This document shows positions 1 to 13,846 of a DNA stretch of 64,000 nucleotides, piece after piece. Below the pieces are notes generated by a model, which was not told the origin of the DNA, searched no databases, and saw only the letters and a program-made list of their open reading frames with translations. The stretch's first letter is position 1; every line of letters begins with the position of its first letter. Position numbers and translations under genes: made by a program. Source of the stretch: Candidatus Omnitrophota bacterium (lineage in GTDB: Bacteria > Omnitrophota > Gorgyraeia > 2-01-FULL-45-10); the NCBI GenBank assembly GCA_903843285.1, contig CAIMPC010000073.1, positions 20,578-84,577 on the forward strand, read 5' to 3'.

Positions 1-309
1 GATTATGCCGTTATGCACTACGGCTATCTTGCCGGCGCAGTCACTGTGAGGATGAGCATTGGCATCGCTGGGGACTCCGTGCGTGGCCCATCTCGTATGA
101 CCTATCCCAATGGTGCCTGCAATAGGGTTATCGGATAGCTCGGCGGCCAGGATCTTAAGCTTTCCCTGCTTTTTAATTATTTTTACCTTTTTCCCGCTCA
201 GGATAGCGGCTCCCGCGGAGTCATAACCCCTATATTCCAGACGACCTAAGCCCCTCAGGATCACATCCTGAGCTTTTCTATATCCTATATATCCTACAAT
301 CCCGCACAT
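1..309 (-). CDS. glmS: Glutamine--fructose-6-phosphate aminotransferase, N-terminal fragment (continues beyond window start)
   Basis: Reverse-complement translation from ATG at 309..307 reads [37 protein letters not shown]..., the class-II glutamine amidotransferase N-terminus (catalytic Cys2). Not in ORF track because truncated by window edge. Confidence 0.8.
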   Translation of the reverse strand, partial: MCGIVGYIGYRKAQDVILRGLGRLEYRGYDSAGAAILSGKKVKIIKKQGKLKILAAELSDNPIAGTIGIGHTRWATHGVPSDANAHPHSDCAGKIAVVHNGII

Positions 310-313
310 ATTT

Positions 314-1399
314 CTAAAACCCTCTCTTTTGGTAAACTATTCTACCACGCACTATCGTCACTTTCACATCAAAATTTTTATCAAATATAACGAGGTCTGC
401 GTCTTTTCCTCTGGAGATAGCTCCTTTCCTCGCATCAACGCCCAGAAGCCTTGCCGGATTTATTGTAGCGAAGGCCACGGCGTCTCTTATATCAACTCCG
501 CAGAATCTCACCGCATTTTTTATAGCGTCTATCATGGTTAGATCGGAGCCTGCCATAGTGCCATCTCTTAATCTGTATACGCCTCCTACGGCTTTACGGC
601 CGCGCATCTCGGCTCTGACCGAATCTGTTATCAATATCATGTTATTTTTGCTCTTTATCTTAAGGGCTTTGCACAGTAGTCCGATGGGAACGTGCACCAG
701 ATCAAATATCATCTCCACTTTAACTCGTCCGTCGACCAGGCAGGCATGGACAGCGTTCTCGGGAGTTGGTTCCCGCCGCATCCCGTTAGGAAGATGTGTA
801 GCGTGTGTTATGCCGCATCTTATACCCCTAATGGCTTCTTTGTATCCCGCGTCCGTATGTCCCATAGACGCGATGATGCCGCGTTCGCCCAGTATCTTTA
901 TCAGCCGCTCCGCTCCTTCGAGCTCTGGAGCGATGGTCATGATCTTTAAAATTCCTCGCGCCTCTCCGATTATCTTGCGGAGAGTAGCCTCTGACGGCGA
1001 AACAATGAACCTCTTGTCCTGAGCGCCAGCCCTCCCCTTACTGATAAAAGGCCCTTCGATCCTCGCGCCAAGCACTGAGCTACCCATCGTGCCTGAATGT
1101 TGGTATTTCCTTATAAGATCCAGTGATTTCTTTATACCCTTAGGAGAGGAGCAGGATATGGCGGAAACGATCGCGGTCGTGCCATATCTCATCTGATAGT
1201 TAATAACTTTTTCGGGGTCACCATGTATGTGGGTATCTATAAAACCGGGAGAGATAAAACATTCTTTCGCGTCTATTGCGCCATCGCGGCGGCGCAATGG
1301 TTTCTTATTAAGGCTTTTTATCTTACCCTTTTCGATATTCAGGCAAGCGCCCTTTAGTATCGAATTACGAAGAAGAATGTTTCCATTTATTATTTTCAT
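314..1399 (-). CDS. nagA: N-acetylglucosamine-6-phosphate deacetylase (amidohydrolase)
   Basis: 361-aa ORF with [11 protein letters not shown] metal-binding motif and overall NagA-like amidohydrolase architecture; immediately upstream of glmS. Confidence 0.8.
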   Translation of the reverse strand: MKIINGNILLRNSILKGACLNIEKGKIKSLNKKPLRRRDGAIDAKECFISPGFIDTHIHGDPEKVINYQMRYGTTAIVSAISCSSPKGIKKSLDLIRKYQHSGTMGSSVLGARIEGPFISKGRAGAQDKRFIVSPSEATLRKIIGEARGILKIMTIAPELEGAERLIKILGERGIIASMGHTDAGYKEAIRGIRCGITHATHLPNGMRREPTPENAVHACLVDGRVKVEMIFDLVHVPIGLLCKALKIKSKNNMILITDSVRAEMRGRKAVGGVYRLRDGTMAGSDLTMIDAIKNAVRFCGVDIRDAVAFATINPARLLGVDARKGAISRGKDADLVIFDKNFDVKVTIVRGRIVYQKRGF

Positions 1400-1573
1400 A
1401 ATTATGTAGCTGGCCGGTCAGTGTGGAAAGCTGTTGCTTGGGACTGCTGCGAGTGGTACGGTGGCGGCCTCACTTCGAATCCCTTGAGTTCTCTGACTAA
1501 AATTGGCCCGCCTTCGCGATCAGTTAGCAAGCTACTTGGTGCTTCGGCCGTCTTACCGTTGATGGCGAAGGCG

Positions 1574-1620
1574 GATGGCGTCCCCATGGGGATTCGAACC
1601 CCAGTCGTCAGAATGAAAAT
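1574..1620. repeat. 47-bp perfect direct repeat of the 3' end of tRNA-Glu (att-like island boundary)
   Basis: gatggcgtccccatggggattcgaaccccagtcgtcagaatgaaaat is identical to 6921..6967; covers acceptor 3' strand, T-arm and part of anticodon arm of tRNA-Glu, sequence diverges immediately after. Confidence 0.85.
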
Positions 1621-1698
1621 ATTGTCTCTGTGAACGCTACTTCTAGATTATACTTTATAACTGTAGTATTTGCAAGGCTTTACAGAGCCGCTGTCAAG

Positions 1699-3138
1699 CC
1701 AAAATAGAAATGTCCTATAGTTACCAAAGTAGAAATGTCCTATTTCTATGCTACTGTCAGTAGTAGCCCTTTCTCTTTTGGGGCTACCTTTTCTCTTTGT
1801 TGATACTGTTGATAGTGTGTATTAATCTTAAAGCGCCTCCAGGGATGATCTTTAGGAACCGGCATATATATTCTCTTTGGCTTAAACGCCTTCCTTGGCT
1901 CCTCTTTCTTCGAACGGACGGTTATCTCTATAAACTTCAGCATAGTCTTCTTATGCCAGATGATCATATCCCCATCTATTCTATCCTCAACGATTACTTT
2001 ATCTGTCCTTATATTGTCAAGTATCTGATAGAGCTTACCGTTATGGATAATGGTAAAATCATTCCTTAGAAATCTCTTTGTCTTAATGCAGAGAATTCTA
2101 TCAATATCCATGCCCTTAGACACAGGGCGGTGAAGATCATCTGATTTTAGCGCTTTTACACTAAATCTCTTGGCATAAGCAGGCAAGAAGCGCTCAGCTA
2201 CTTTATTAGCATCTTCTATGGTCCTGGAGTCTTCTAACCTTAGTTCTTTTGTAAGGCGATCTTGGAATGTATTAAATAGCCTCTCTACCCTTCCTTTGGC
2301 CTGTGGCGAATTGGCGTGTATAACATCAACCCCAAGCTCTTTAAGAGCCCTCTCAAATTGGCTTAAAGGCACTATATTATTAAGCTCATCTTCCATAGAA
2401 GGCTTGCCCGTAGACTTATACGTCGAGTGCTTATCCAAATATACGCTTATAGGAATACCATACTTCTTAATGTAGCGCTTGAAGCTGTCCATAGCCGGAA
2501 TAGTACCTTCGTATTTATAGAACCTTCCAAATGGTGTGCCTGTAGCATCGTCTATGTAGCCCATAAAGACGCATTTAGGGCCTCTATCCTCAAGCCATGC
2601 GTGATGAGAACCGTCCATCTGAACCATTTGGCCGAAGTGGTGTTTACGCTCGCGCCATTGACGATGCGGGCGCTTCTTGCGCTTTTTATATGGGATACCC
2701 TCATCTATGAGCCAGAGTCTGAGCGTCTCATCATTTACTTTAAGCTTATCTCTTTCAAAGAGCTTCTCGCTTGCCAATGTCGGACCGAAGTCCGGATATT
2801 TATCCTTAAACAATGATATGATTCTGTCCTTATGCGGCAATATTCTATTGGAAGATCTGCCGCGTAACTTACGGACTATACCTTTGTCACCTTCCTCCCT
2901 CATTACACTTATCTTCCTTCGCACTTGCCGTTCGCTTATATCGATTGATTCAGCAGCTTCCTTCTGCGTAATCACCTTATCGATCGCCTTACGAAGTATA
3001 TGTAAAGCTCTTAATTCCTCCTGCGTAGCCATGATAATGTCCCTTCCTGCCATAATATCCTCCCTTAGAGAAGATCATTATAGCAACTTCAGAATAGGAC
3101 ATTCTTAAATTGGTAGAATAGGACATTATCACTTTGGG
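1699..3138 (-). mobile_element. Insertion sequence (~1.44 kb) with compound terminal inverted repeats, IS481/ISNCY-like
   Basis: Single transposase ORF flanked by ~45-bp imperfect inverted ends, each containing two copies of AATGTCCTAT 25 bp apart separated by ACCAA (left 1705..1743; right as reverse complement 3091..3130). Confidence 0.75.
1746..3053 (-). CDS. DDE transposase with N-terminal HTH and rve (integrase-core) domain
   Basis: 435 aa; N-terminal HTH (ISERQVRRKISVMREEG), catalytic-core signature HANSPQAKGRVERLFNTFQ typical of rve-type DDE transposases (IS481/IS3/ISNCY clade). Confidence 0.8.
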   Translation of the reverse strand: MAGRDIIMATQEELRALHILRKAIDKVITQKEAAESIDISERQVRRKISVMREEGDKGIVRKLRGRSSNRILPHKDRIISLFKDKYPDFGPTLASEKLFERDKLKVNDETLRLWLIDEGIPYKKRKKRPHRQWRERKHHFGQMVQMDGSHHAWLEDRGPKCVFMGYIDDATGTPFGRFYKYEGTIPAMDSFKRYIKKYGIPISVYLDKHSTYKSTGKPSMEDELNNIVPLSQFERALKELGVDVIHANSPQAKGRVERLFNTFQDRLTKELRLEDSRTIEDANKVAERFLPAYAKRFSVKALKSDDLHRPVSKGMDIDRILCIKTKRFLRNDFTIIHNGKLYQILDNIRTDKVIVEDRIDGDMIIWHKKTMLKFIEITVRSKKEEPRKAFKPKRIYMPVPKDHPWRRFKINTHYQQYQQREKVAPKEKGLLLTVA

Positions 3139-3329
3139 ATGACATAGTCAATAACAAGATTTTTAATTTATCTACCTTTTTACCTAACATTTTCATATCT
3201 TCAACATTTGAACTTATAAAATAGTCTCTCATACAAACGATTATTTGATTCAGAGCTTTTATGCTCAATCAGTGTAGGTAATCACCGGAATGATACCAAT
3301 AATAATCATCGTGGTTCCTCGTATATAAA

Positions 3330-3914
3330 TCATACCAATAATAGTAGCTTTCTCTTCGCCCGACTTATAAGAGACGCAACCGTGTTAGCCGGAATATCCA
3401 TGATACTGGCTATGTCATCCTGTGTCTTACCGTCATAGACCTTAAGCCTTAATGCCCTTCTCTCCTTAATTCTGAGATTAGCCATCGACTCTTCAAGCCG
3501 TGACACCGCTTCCTTGGTTTCAACCAATTGTGCCGGATCAGGGTGCTTGCACGGGATGACATCCTCTAGGGTAGTAGTGACATCTTCGGATAGCCTATCA
3601 CTTAGAGACATTGTCATCCTGTCTATATTATTCCGCTTCCTACGATAAACTGCCATTTGATTCATCGTCACAATGGCAAGCCAGCCAGTTAAACATGAAA
3701 TATCCCGCAACTGGGCCAGCTTGTTATCTTCCCATAGCATCAAGAATACTTCCTGGGCTATATCATCAACATCGTTTATAGGTGCCCTGTAGCTCGTTTT
3801 ATAGAGCTTATAATAGACGACCTTTCGCACAATGCTTTGATGCTGCCGGATGAACTCGTTCCATGCAACCTTGTCCTTCCTTATGCAACGGCTTACCATT
3901 TCTTCTGTACTCAT
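3330..3914 (-). CDS. ECF-type RNA polymerase sigma-70 factor (group 4)
   Basis: 194 aa; sigma region 2 (DIAQEVFLMLWE) and region 4 HTH (ALRLKVYDGKTQDDIASIMDIPANTVASLISRAKRKL). SD aaagggga precedes ATG. Confidence 0.8.
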   Translation of the reverse strand: MSTEEMVSRCIRKDKVAWNEFIRQHQSIVRKVVYYKLYKTSYRAPINDVDDIAQEVFLMLWEDNKLAQLRDISCLTGWLAIVTMNQMAVYRRKRNNIDRMTMSLSDRLSEDVTTTLEDVIPCKHPDPAQLVETKEAVSRLEESMANLRIKERRALRLKVYDGKTQDDIASIMDIPANTVASLISRAKRKLLLLV

Positions 3915-4226
3915 ACTGGTCCCCTTTCTGGTCGGACAATAAAAAAGCGAACGCTTATCTATTAGATTTAATAGAAGAGCCTTCGCTATTTACTGTGACC
4001 TATTTAAACTATTTTAGTAACTTGGCACAAAAAGCCCCGTCAACCTTTCGATCGCCGGGGAATGGGTGGGGCACGAAATGAAGATCTATTTCAGATTATA
4101 ATGTCTCTCGGGTGTCGCGGGAATTTTTGCTGGAAAAATTGGTGCCTGATCTTGCTTGCTCACTGATAGGGTGTACCCGAATAGGACGTCTGCTATTAGC
4201 TCAATATCCATATCACTCGATCTTAT

Positions 4227-4523
4227 TCATACGGCGTTCTCGTTAAACAATTTCCGCACATTTTTTTTATGGGTTTCATATAATTCTAAGTCGTTATTTT
4301 CTCTTGCTTTGATTGCTTTCGATTCTTCCTCAATAATTGCATTCTTTATTTCATCTGGCAAAGCGTTCATTTTTTTCCAAAAGATTGATTCGTCTTGGAT
4401 TCTTTTTAGGCTATCTGCTCGTTCTTTTTTGTTATGTGTGCAGGCAAACGATATAGCTGAGATAATAGCTAGCCATTTAAAAAATGAATATTTAATTTTG
4501 GTATAAATATTGTCTTGTTTCAT
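4227..4523 (-). CDS. Hypothetical small secreted/lipoprotein-like helical protein
   Basis: 98 aa, N-terminal hydrophobic signal-like segment (FFKWLAIISAISFAC) followed by charged helical region; AT-rich island cargo. Confidence 0.4.
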   Translation of the reverse strand: MKQDNIYTKIKYSFFKWLAIISAISFACTHNKKERADSLKRIQDESIFWKKMNALPDEIKNAIIEEESKAIKARENNDLELYETHKKNVRKLFNENAV

Positions 4524-4619
4524 AAGACTCCTTTATTTAATCAACTCTGTTGGACCACACAGCACAGTATTATAAATATCTTTTTCATCACTCGCTATTT
4601 TGGTAAATTTTTCTGAAAT

Positions 4620-4940
4620 CTAAAACTTATTAAAAGCTATGATTGCCCAAGTAATGATACTGCCTATTATAAGTATTCTTATAAAAGTTGAGTTTAGAAA
4701 ATACCCTAGTATATCTAATTTTAATCCAACTCTATCTTTAAGTGGCTTCGATTTCGTGTGGCATTTATAACATACATAATTAGAATGCTCATTTGGATAA
4801 TTGTATATATCGAGCGAGGATATGGAAATTTGTTTTCCGCATTTTGAGCAAGGCCATAGGCGAACATTATGACAATAATAACATGTGGTGTCCTCTAAAA
4901 TTGATGCTACTTTTTCGCAATATGGACATTGTGACGCCAT
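4620..4940 (-). CDS. Double zinc-ribbon protein with C-terminal transmembrane helix (candidate anti-sigma factor)
   Basis: 106 aa with four CxxC pairs (CPYC, CYYC, CSKC, CYKC) then hydrophobic helix IRILIIGSIITWAIIAF; cotranscribed orientation with ECF sigma. Confidence 0.45.
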   Translation of the reverse strand: MASQCPYCEKVASILEDTTCYYCHNVRLWPCSKCGKQISISSLDIYNYPNEHSNYVCYKCHTKSKPLKDRVGLKLDILGYFLNSTFIRILIIGSIITWAIIAFNKF

Positions 4941-4990
4941 GCCACACCTCCGTTATTTCATCTTTAATATGCGCACTAGTAATCTTCTCG

Positions 4991-5314
4991 CTATTGTGAG
5001 CGTACAAATGCAATAAACGCCGCTAATAAACATATGCCATATACGATTAGATATGTTTTAAAAATCTGTAGCCAGTTCAAAGACTGCTTCTTCACCACTG
5101 TAAAGTTAAAGCTATAAGAAATTGGGAGGTTTTCGGCATTGCGCACATACCAAATCGGTTGTTTTATCCTATAAGATTTAAGCGGTATAATTGGAAGCCA
5201 AAAGATAGAAATCCATAATGTAGTATCAAGCTCCTCCGCTTCATTTTCTTTGTCTTCTACATAATTAGACTTTCCAAAATGTCTAGTTCCACAGCCATTT
5301 GTGCTACTCGGCAC
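4991..5314 (-). CDS. Hypothetical membrane protein
   Basis: 107 aa, two hydrophobic segments; island cargo, no recognisable family. Confidence 0.35.
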   Translation of the reverse strand: MPSSTNGCGTRHFGKSNYVEDKENEAEELDTTLWISIFWLPIIPLKSYRIKQPIWYVRNAENLPISYSFNFTVVKKQSLNWLQIFKTYLIVYGICLLAAFIAFVRSQ

Positions 5315-5435
5315 ATTAAACCTCCATTATTTTATCAGCTCTGTTATTGTAGTATTTAACGTCTGGGGATTCCATACATCGCATATACTTTTCCAAGAAA
5401 ACTGCGCTGTGCAATATAGGCAATATTTCCTACGA

Positions 5436-5726
5436 TTATAAATAAGCCGCCAATCCACGCACAGATTGTTCCGATGATATTACAAACCCTTGCTGCAGAC
5501 AATGCGCTACTTTTTCCCATGCTACTCTCTTTAATCCGCCTGAGATAAGTATAGACCAAGTTTTATTTGGAAAAGTAATCTGAAAGCCTAATGTTTTGTC
5601 ATAATATCCTTTTGCATTTTTACATTTTTCCACCATAGAATAAATAAGTGCCCCTAACAAAAATAATATAAAAAAAGTCCAGTTATTCTCATTTTTTGTT
5701 ATCCTGCTTAACAATATTTTATTCAA
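5436..5726 (-). CDS. Hypothetical small membrane protein (overlaps alternative-frame ORF 5356..5559; possible frameshifted single gene)
   Basis: 96 aa with N-terminal TM helix FFILFLLGALIYSMV; overlapping 67-aa hydrophobic ORF in another frame suggests frameshift or one spurious call. Confidence 0.3.
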   Translation of the reverse strand: MNKILLSRITKNENNWTFFILFLLGALIYSMVEKCKNAKGYYDKTLGFQITFPNKTWSILISGGLKRVAWEKVAHCLQQGFVISSEQSVRGLAAYL

Positions 5727-5822
5727 TCTCTATCTTTTAAAAGCAAGTATATAGTTACCGGCATGAAGGCATTGCTCATTATCCTATCGGTCTCTTTACC
5801 GCATAGGGATAAAGTTAAGATT

Positions 5823-6743
5823 TTATTCGAGCTTCTTAAAAGAAATATAAAAATTCATTTCTTCGCTCGGATTAACCGGGGAAAGAACCACTAATCGCAA
5901 ATTTCCTTCCCGATCAATGTCAGCATGCCCTGCTGCTTTATCGCGTAAAAAAGAAGTTTGTCGATATTTACTAGTGTCCAAGAAAAACTGCGATGTCAAT
6001 ACCGCGCACTTAGAGACAAAGCCTTTCTCCTCGTAAATCAGACTGCTAATCACGAACTGATAATTATTCTTGCAGCTTAACCCTAATATTATTTCTTCCT
6101 TATCGGTCCTATACCAATGTGCGGATATGTCTAACCTCAGTCCCTTCTCGAAATACCTCTTATAAATGACATCAATTGTTGTCTCTTGTATAAGTAGTGA
6201 GCTCAGGCGCTTGATGTCAATAAACATTTTTTTATTTATTACTCTAACATCTCTGATAAATGGATTTGTTTCGTAATTATTAAACTCTTCATTAGATGCC
6301 ACAGGAAACAATTCAACATTTTCCTTCAAGGGCGTAGTTACAAAAGAGACTATGGGAACTAGTGGGAATTTGATTTTGTATTCCGCTTCTTGTGTCAGCC
6401 AAAAACTACCTTTGTTCCCAAATATGTTACTGCTCTTTATGATCACGCTAGATATAACCGGTGACACAAGTGGCGTTACTGAGTTATTAACCCATATTGA
6501 TGAAAGCGTAGTAACGATTACAACTAAAATCGGTGATATTTTTTCTTTCTTAAACGACCATTGGTATGTTAAGATGTTTAAAAATATAAGCACCCATACG
6601 GTCCAACATAAGCCTATCCATTCCGGAATTATTCTTTTAGACAATAGCGCAGATAGTATTGCCGCTGCAATAGCTATTATGATCCAATAACATATTCTTA
6701 TCGTTTTCATGTGCCTGCCTAATATTCTCAATACCCGAATCAT
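5823..6743 (-). CDS. Hypothetical membrane protein (3 N-terminal TM helices plus ~200-aa soluble domain)
   Basis: 306 aa; strongly hydrophobic N-terminus then unrecognisable soluble domain; first gene of the island operon. Confidence 0.4.
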   Translation of the reverse strand: MIRVLRILGRHMKTIRICYWIIIAIAAAILSALLSKRIIPEWIGLCWTVWVLIFLNILTYQWSFKKEKISPILVVIVTTLSSIWVNNSVTPLVSPVISSVIIKSSNIFGNKGSFWLTQEAEYKIKFPLVPIVSFVTTPLKENVELFPVASNEEFNNYETNPFIRDVRVINKKMFIDIKRLSSLLIQETTIDVIYKRYFEKGLRLDISAHWYRTDKEEIILGLSCKNNYQFVISSLIYEEKGFVSKCAVLTSQFFLDTSKYRQTSFLRDKAAGHADIDREGNLRLVVLSPVNPSEEMNFYISFKKLE

Positions 6744-6920
6744 GATTTAACAAAAAAGCAACCCTTTGGAGGTTGCCAAGCGTTCAATCCATTTTGATTG
6801 TATTTATCAATCATCCTCCGGGGACCGTACGGGGACTATAATACCATAAAATACCACTAAATCCCATTATTTGCCATTAACACGAGTTTAGCTCTAACTA
6901 CTTGCTACTGCTACTTTTAA

Positions 6921-6967
6921 GATGGCGTCCCCATGGGGATTCGAACCCCAGTCGTCAGAATGAAAAT
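6921..6967. repeat. Second copy of the 47-bp direct repeat (within/adjacent to intact tRNA-Glu)
   Basis: Identical to 1574..1620. Confidence 0.85.
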
Positions 6968-7000
6968 CTGATGTCCTAGGCCAGACTAGACGATGGGGAC
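6923..7000 (-). tRNA. tRNA-Glu (anticodon UUC)
   Basis: Minus-strand sequence GTCCCCATCGTCTAG...CAGATTTTCATTCTG...GGGGTTCGAATCCCCATGGGGACGCCA; cloverleaf with anticodon loop UUUUCAU, close match to canonical bacterial tRNA-Glu, encoded CCA. Confidence 0.9.
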
Positions 7001-7022
7001 GCTATATTTAAAAATATTGTGC

Positions 7023-9623
7023 TTATTTCTTATTGCTATTTTTTGCTTTGGTTTTTACTTTTTTTTCGAGGTCCGGCTTCTCGACCGGCGCTGTATTCTC
7101 AATGGCCTTATCTTTCTCCTCGGGCTTCACCTGCTCAGGTGCTTTAGCACCAGGCTGGGGTGCTACCGGAGCCACTGCTTCGGGAACTTTTTCTGCCTCT
7201 TCCTCAGGGACTATCCTGGCGATGGATGTAATCACATCCCCGGAATCGATCCTCATTAATCTTACGCCCTGGGTCGAGCGGCCTGTCGCGCGTATGTCCT
7301 TCACCGGACATCGGACAACCATCCCCTTATCTGTGACGAGCATCAGCTCATCCTTATCCGAGACTGTTTTAAGCCCTACAGCCTCGTCATTCCTGCCCGT
7401 AACTTTGATGTTAATAATACCTTTTCCGCCCCGAGATTGCAACCTGTATTCTTTGAACGGAGTCCTCTTGCCAAAACCTAATCCCGTAACCGTGAGAACC
7501 GTTTGGTCGGCCTTCACGATCTGCATAGCTATAACAACGTCCTTCTTATTAAGGCTTATGCCCCGCACGCCTTTGGCTGAGCGTCCCATATCACGGACCT
7601 GCTCTTCCTTAAATCGTATCGCCTTGCCTTCGCGAGTCGCCAGAAATATCTCGTCGGAACCATTCGTCATCTCGACGCCTATCAGCTCATCATCCTTCTC
7701 GAGCCCCATACCGATAATGCCCCCCTTACGCGGATTAGAGTAGGCCTTAAGATCCGTCTTCTTAATAGAGCCGCTCTTTGTCGCCATAACGAGGAAATGC
7801 CCTTCTTTATATTCCTTTACGGGAACGAATGCGCTTATCTTCTCCCCCTGACCGGTCGTGATAAGATTAACTATTGCCTTGCCCTTGGATGCGCGGCCAG
7901 CCTCCGGTATCTCGTGCACCTTAAGCCAGTGCACTACTCCCTTGTCCGTAAAGAATAATATCGACTCATGCGTCGAAGCTATAAACAGATGCTCGATGAA
8001 ATCCTCTTCCTTTATCTCGGCGCCCGTAACACCTCTGCCGCCGCGATGTTGTTTACGATAGCTTGATATGGGCATTCTTTTAATATATCCGCCATGGCTC
8101 ATCGTTATAACAACGTCTTCTTCGGCTATAAGGTCCTCTATCTCGAGTTCCTCGGCCTCAGGAGCTATCTCGGTGCGCCTTTCATCACCGAATTTCTCCG
8201 ACAGCTCTTTCGTCTCCTGCTTAATTATCTGAAGCACCAGTTTTTCGCTGTCGAGAATAGATTTATAATATTCTATCTTCTTTATTAGCTCTAAATACTC
8301 TTTGTCTATCTTTTCTCGTTCCAGATTAGTTAAGCGCTGAAGCTGCATTTCGAGTATAGCCTGAGCCTGCCTCTCGGAAAGTTCAAACTTTTCCATCAGG
8401 CCGGCCTTAGCCACCTGAGGATCTTTCGATTCCCTGATAAGCTTTATTATTTTGTCGAGGTTCTTAAGCGCTATCTTCAGCCCTTCGAGGATATGCGCGC
8501 GATCCTGTGCCTTCTCGAGGTCAAATTTCGTTCTTCTTACAATAATATCTTTTCTGTGCCTGATGAATTCCGTCAACATCTCTTTCAGCGTCAGCACTTT
8601 AGGGCGGCCGTCGACAAGCGCCAGCATAATGACACCGAATGTCTGTTGCATCTGTGTGTGTTTATAGAGAAGGTTCAATACGACCCGCGCGATGGCTCCG
8701 CGCCTTAACTCTATTACTATACGCATTCCATCCTTATCGGATTCGTCCCTTAAATCGGTGATACCTTCTATCTTCTTATCCTGAACCAGATCTGCGATCG
8801 ATTCGATGAGGTTGGACTTATTAACCATATACGGTATCTCTTTGATGACTATCGCTTCCTTACCGCTCTTCATCTCTTCGACGTAGGCCTTCGCCTGAAT
8901 CCTTAATAAGCCCCTGCCCGTAAGGTAGGCATTCCTTATGCCTTCGTACCCGCGGATAATGCCACCCGTCGGAAAATCAGGACCTTTTATCTTCTTCAGC
9001 AGATCCTTACACTCACAAGCGGGATCATCTATCACATGGATGACGGCGTCGGCGACTTCCTTAATGTTGTGCGAAGGTATATTGGTTGCCATTCCTACGG
9101 CTATGCCGCTCGAGCCATTGATCAGAAGATTCGGAAGGCACGACGGAAGAACCGTCGGTTCCGTAAGTGACCCGTCGAAGTTCGGGGTGAAGTCTACTGT
9201 ATTCTTATCAATATCGAGAAGCATCCAATCGGTGATGTGTTCAAGCCTGGCCTCCGTGTACCTCATGGCGGCCGCTGAATCTCCGTCGATCGACCCGAAG
9301 TTTCCCTGCCCGTCGACCAGCGGATAGCGCAAACTAAAATCCTGCGCCATACGAACCAGCGTGTCGTATATCGACGCGTCGCCGTGCGGATGATATTTAC
9401 CCAGACACTCTCCGACGATCCTGGCGCTCTTCTTATGCGGTTTGTTATGCTCGAGCCCGAGCTCCCTCATCGCATATAGCACCCTCCTGTGGACCGGCTT
9501 AAGTCCATCGCGTATGTCCGGCAGTGCCCTGCCTACAATTACGCTCATCGCGTAATTGATATACGAATCCTTCATCTCCTCTTCAATACACCTGGGAACC
9601 AGCTTCTCATTAAGCGCGTACAT
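7023..9623 (-). CDS. gyrA: DNA gyrase subunit A
   Basis: 866 aa; [28 protein letters not shown] catalytic-Tyr region, long beta-pinwheel C-terminus and acidic/lysine-rich tail. Confidence 0.95.
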   Translation of the reverse strand: MYALNEKLVPRCIEEEMKDSYINYAMSVIVGRALPDIRDGLKPVHRRVLYAMRELGLEHNKPHKKSARIVGECLGKYHPHGDASIYDTLVRMAQDFSLRYPLVDGQGNFGSIDGDSAAAMRYTEARLEHITDWMLLDIDKNTVDFTPNFDGSLTEPTVLPSCLPNLLINGSSGIAVGMATNIPSHNIKEVADAVIHVIDDPACECKDLLKKIKGPDFPTGGIIRGYEGIRNAYLTGRGLLRIQAKAYVEEMKSGKEAIVIKEIPYMVNKSNLIESIADLVQDKKIEGITDLRDESDKDGMRIVIELRRGAIARVVLNLLYKHTQMQQTFGVIMLALVDGRPKVLTLKEMLTEFIRHRKDIIVRRTKFDLEKAQDRAHILEGLKIALKNLDKIIKLIRESKDPQVAKAGLMEKFELSERQAQAILEMQLQRLTNLEREKIDKEYLELIKKIEYYKSILDSEKLVLQIIKQETKELSEKFGDERRTEIAPEAEELEIEDLIAEEDVVITMSHGGYIKRMPISSYRKQHRGGRGVTGAEIKEEDFIEHLFIASTHESILFFTDKGVVHWLKVHEIPEAGRASKGKAIVNLITTGQGEKISAFVPVKEYKEGHFLVMATKSGSIKKTDLKAYSNPRKGGIIGMGLEKDDELIGVEMTNGSDEIFLATREGKAIRFKEEQVRDMGRSAKGVRGISLNKKDVVIAMQIVKADQTVLTVTGLGFGKRTPFKEYRLQSRGGKGIINIKVTGRNDEAVGLKTVSDKDELMLVTDKGMVVRCPVKDIRATGRSTQGVRLMRIDSGDVITSIARIVPEEEAEKVPEAVAPVAPQPGAKAPEQVKPEEKDKAIENTAPVEKPDLEKKVKTKAKNSNKK

Positions 9624-9636
9624 ATTTCTCCTTGCC

Positions 9637-13458
<3,822 letters not shown>

Positions 13459-13495
13459 TCATTATTACTATTTATTTATACCATTACTCCGACTC

Positions 13496-13846
13496 TTATT
13501 TTTTTATATCGCCTATTCGGAACCTGATCTCTTTAATCTTCTTTCCTTTTAATTGCAACTCCAAGGATTTTACCAACTCCTGTTTTCGGATGCTCAGCTC
13601 GTACAACCAGCTCGAGTTAGCCACATCGATCACCAGACTTGCCTTCTTAAACGATACGGGCTTCGCATGCCTGGCCGCGGCCTCGCCCGCTGAAATTCGC
13701 CACGCATCTTCGATCTCTTCTTTGCCCAGACGCTCCTTACCGCTCAGGCCTTCTATCACATTGCCGATCAGCTCGCTAAAATGCTCGGCCCCCTTGGGCT
13801 TATGCTTAGATCGGCTGTCGGGGCATGACGACATATACATATTCAT
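13496..13846 (-). CDS. DUF721-domain protein (DciA-like candidate helicase loader / small RNA-binding-like protein)
   Basis: 116 aa; WRISAGEAAARHAKPVSFKKASLVIDVANSSWLYELSIRKQELVKSLELQLKGKKIKEIRFRIG matches DUF721 pattern; positioned between gyrB and dnaN where recF/DUF721 usually sit; 41-nt overlap with dnaN. Confidence 0.6.
   Translation of the reverse strand: MNMYMSSCPDSRSKHKPKGAEHFSELIGNVIEGLSGKERLGKEEIEDAWRISAGEAAARHAKPVSFKKASLVIDVANSSWLYELSIRKQELVKSLELQLKGKKIKEIRFRIGDIKK

Noticed and set aside
1400-1573. Possible second tRNA fragment or ncRNA between nagA start and the 47-bp repeat (GGTGGCGGCCTCACTTCGAATCCC)
   Set aside because: TTCGAAT is present but the flanking stems do not form a T-arm or acceptor. 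More likely the nagA promoter/leader region.
4179-4190. GAATAGGACGTC resembling the IS terminal subrepeat AGAATAGGACATT
   Set aside because: Only ~10/13 identity, a single copy, no partner inverted repeat; probably coincidental or a decayed remnant.
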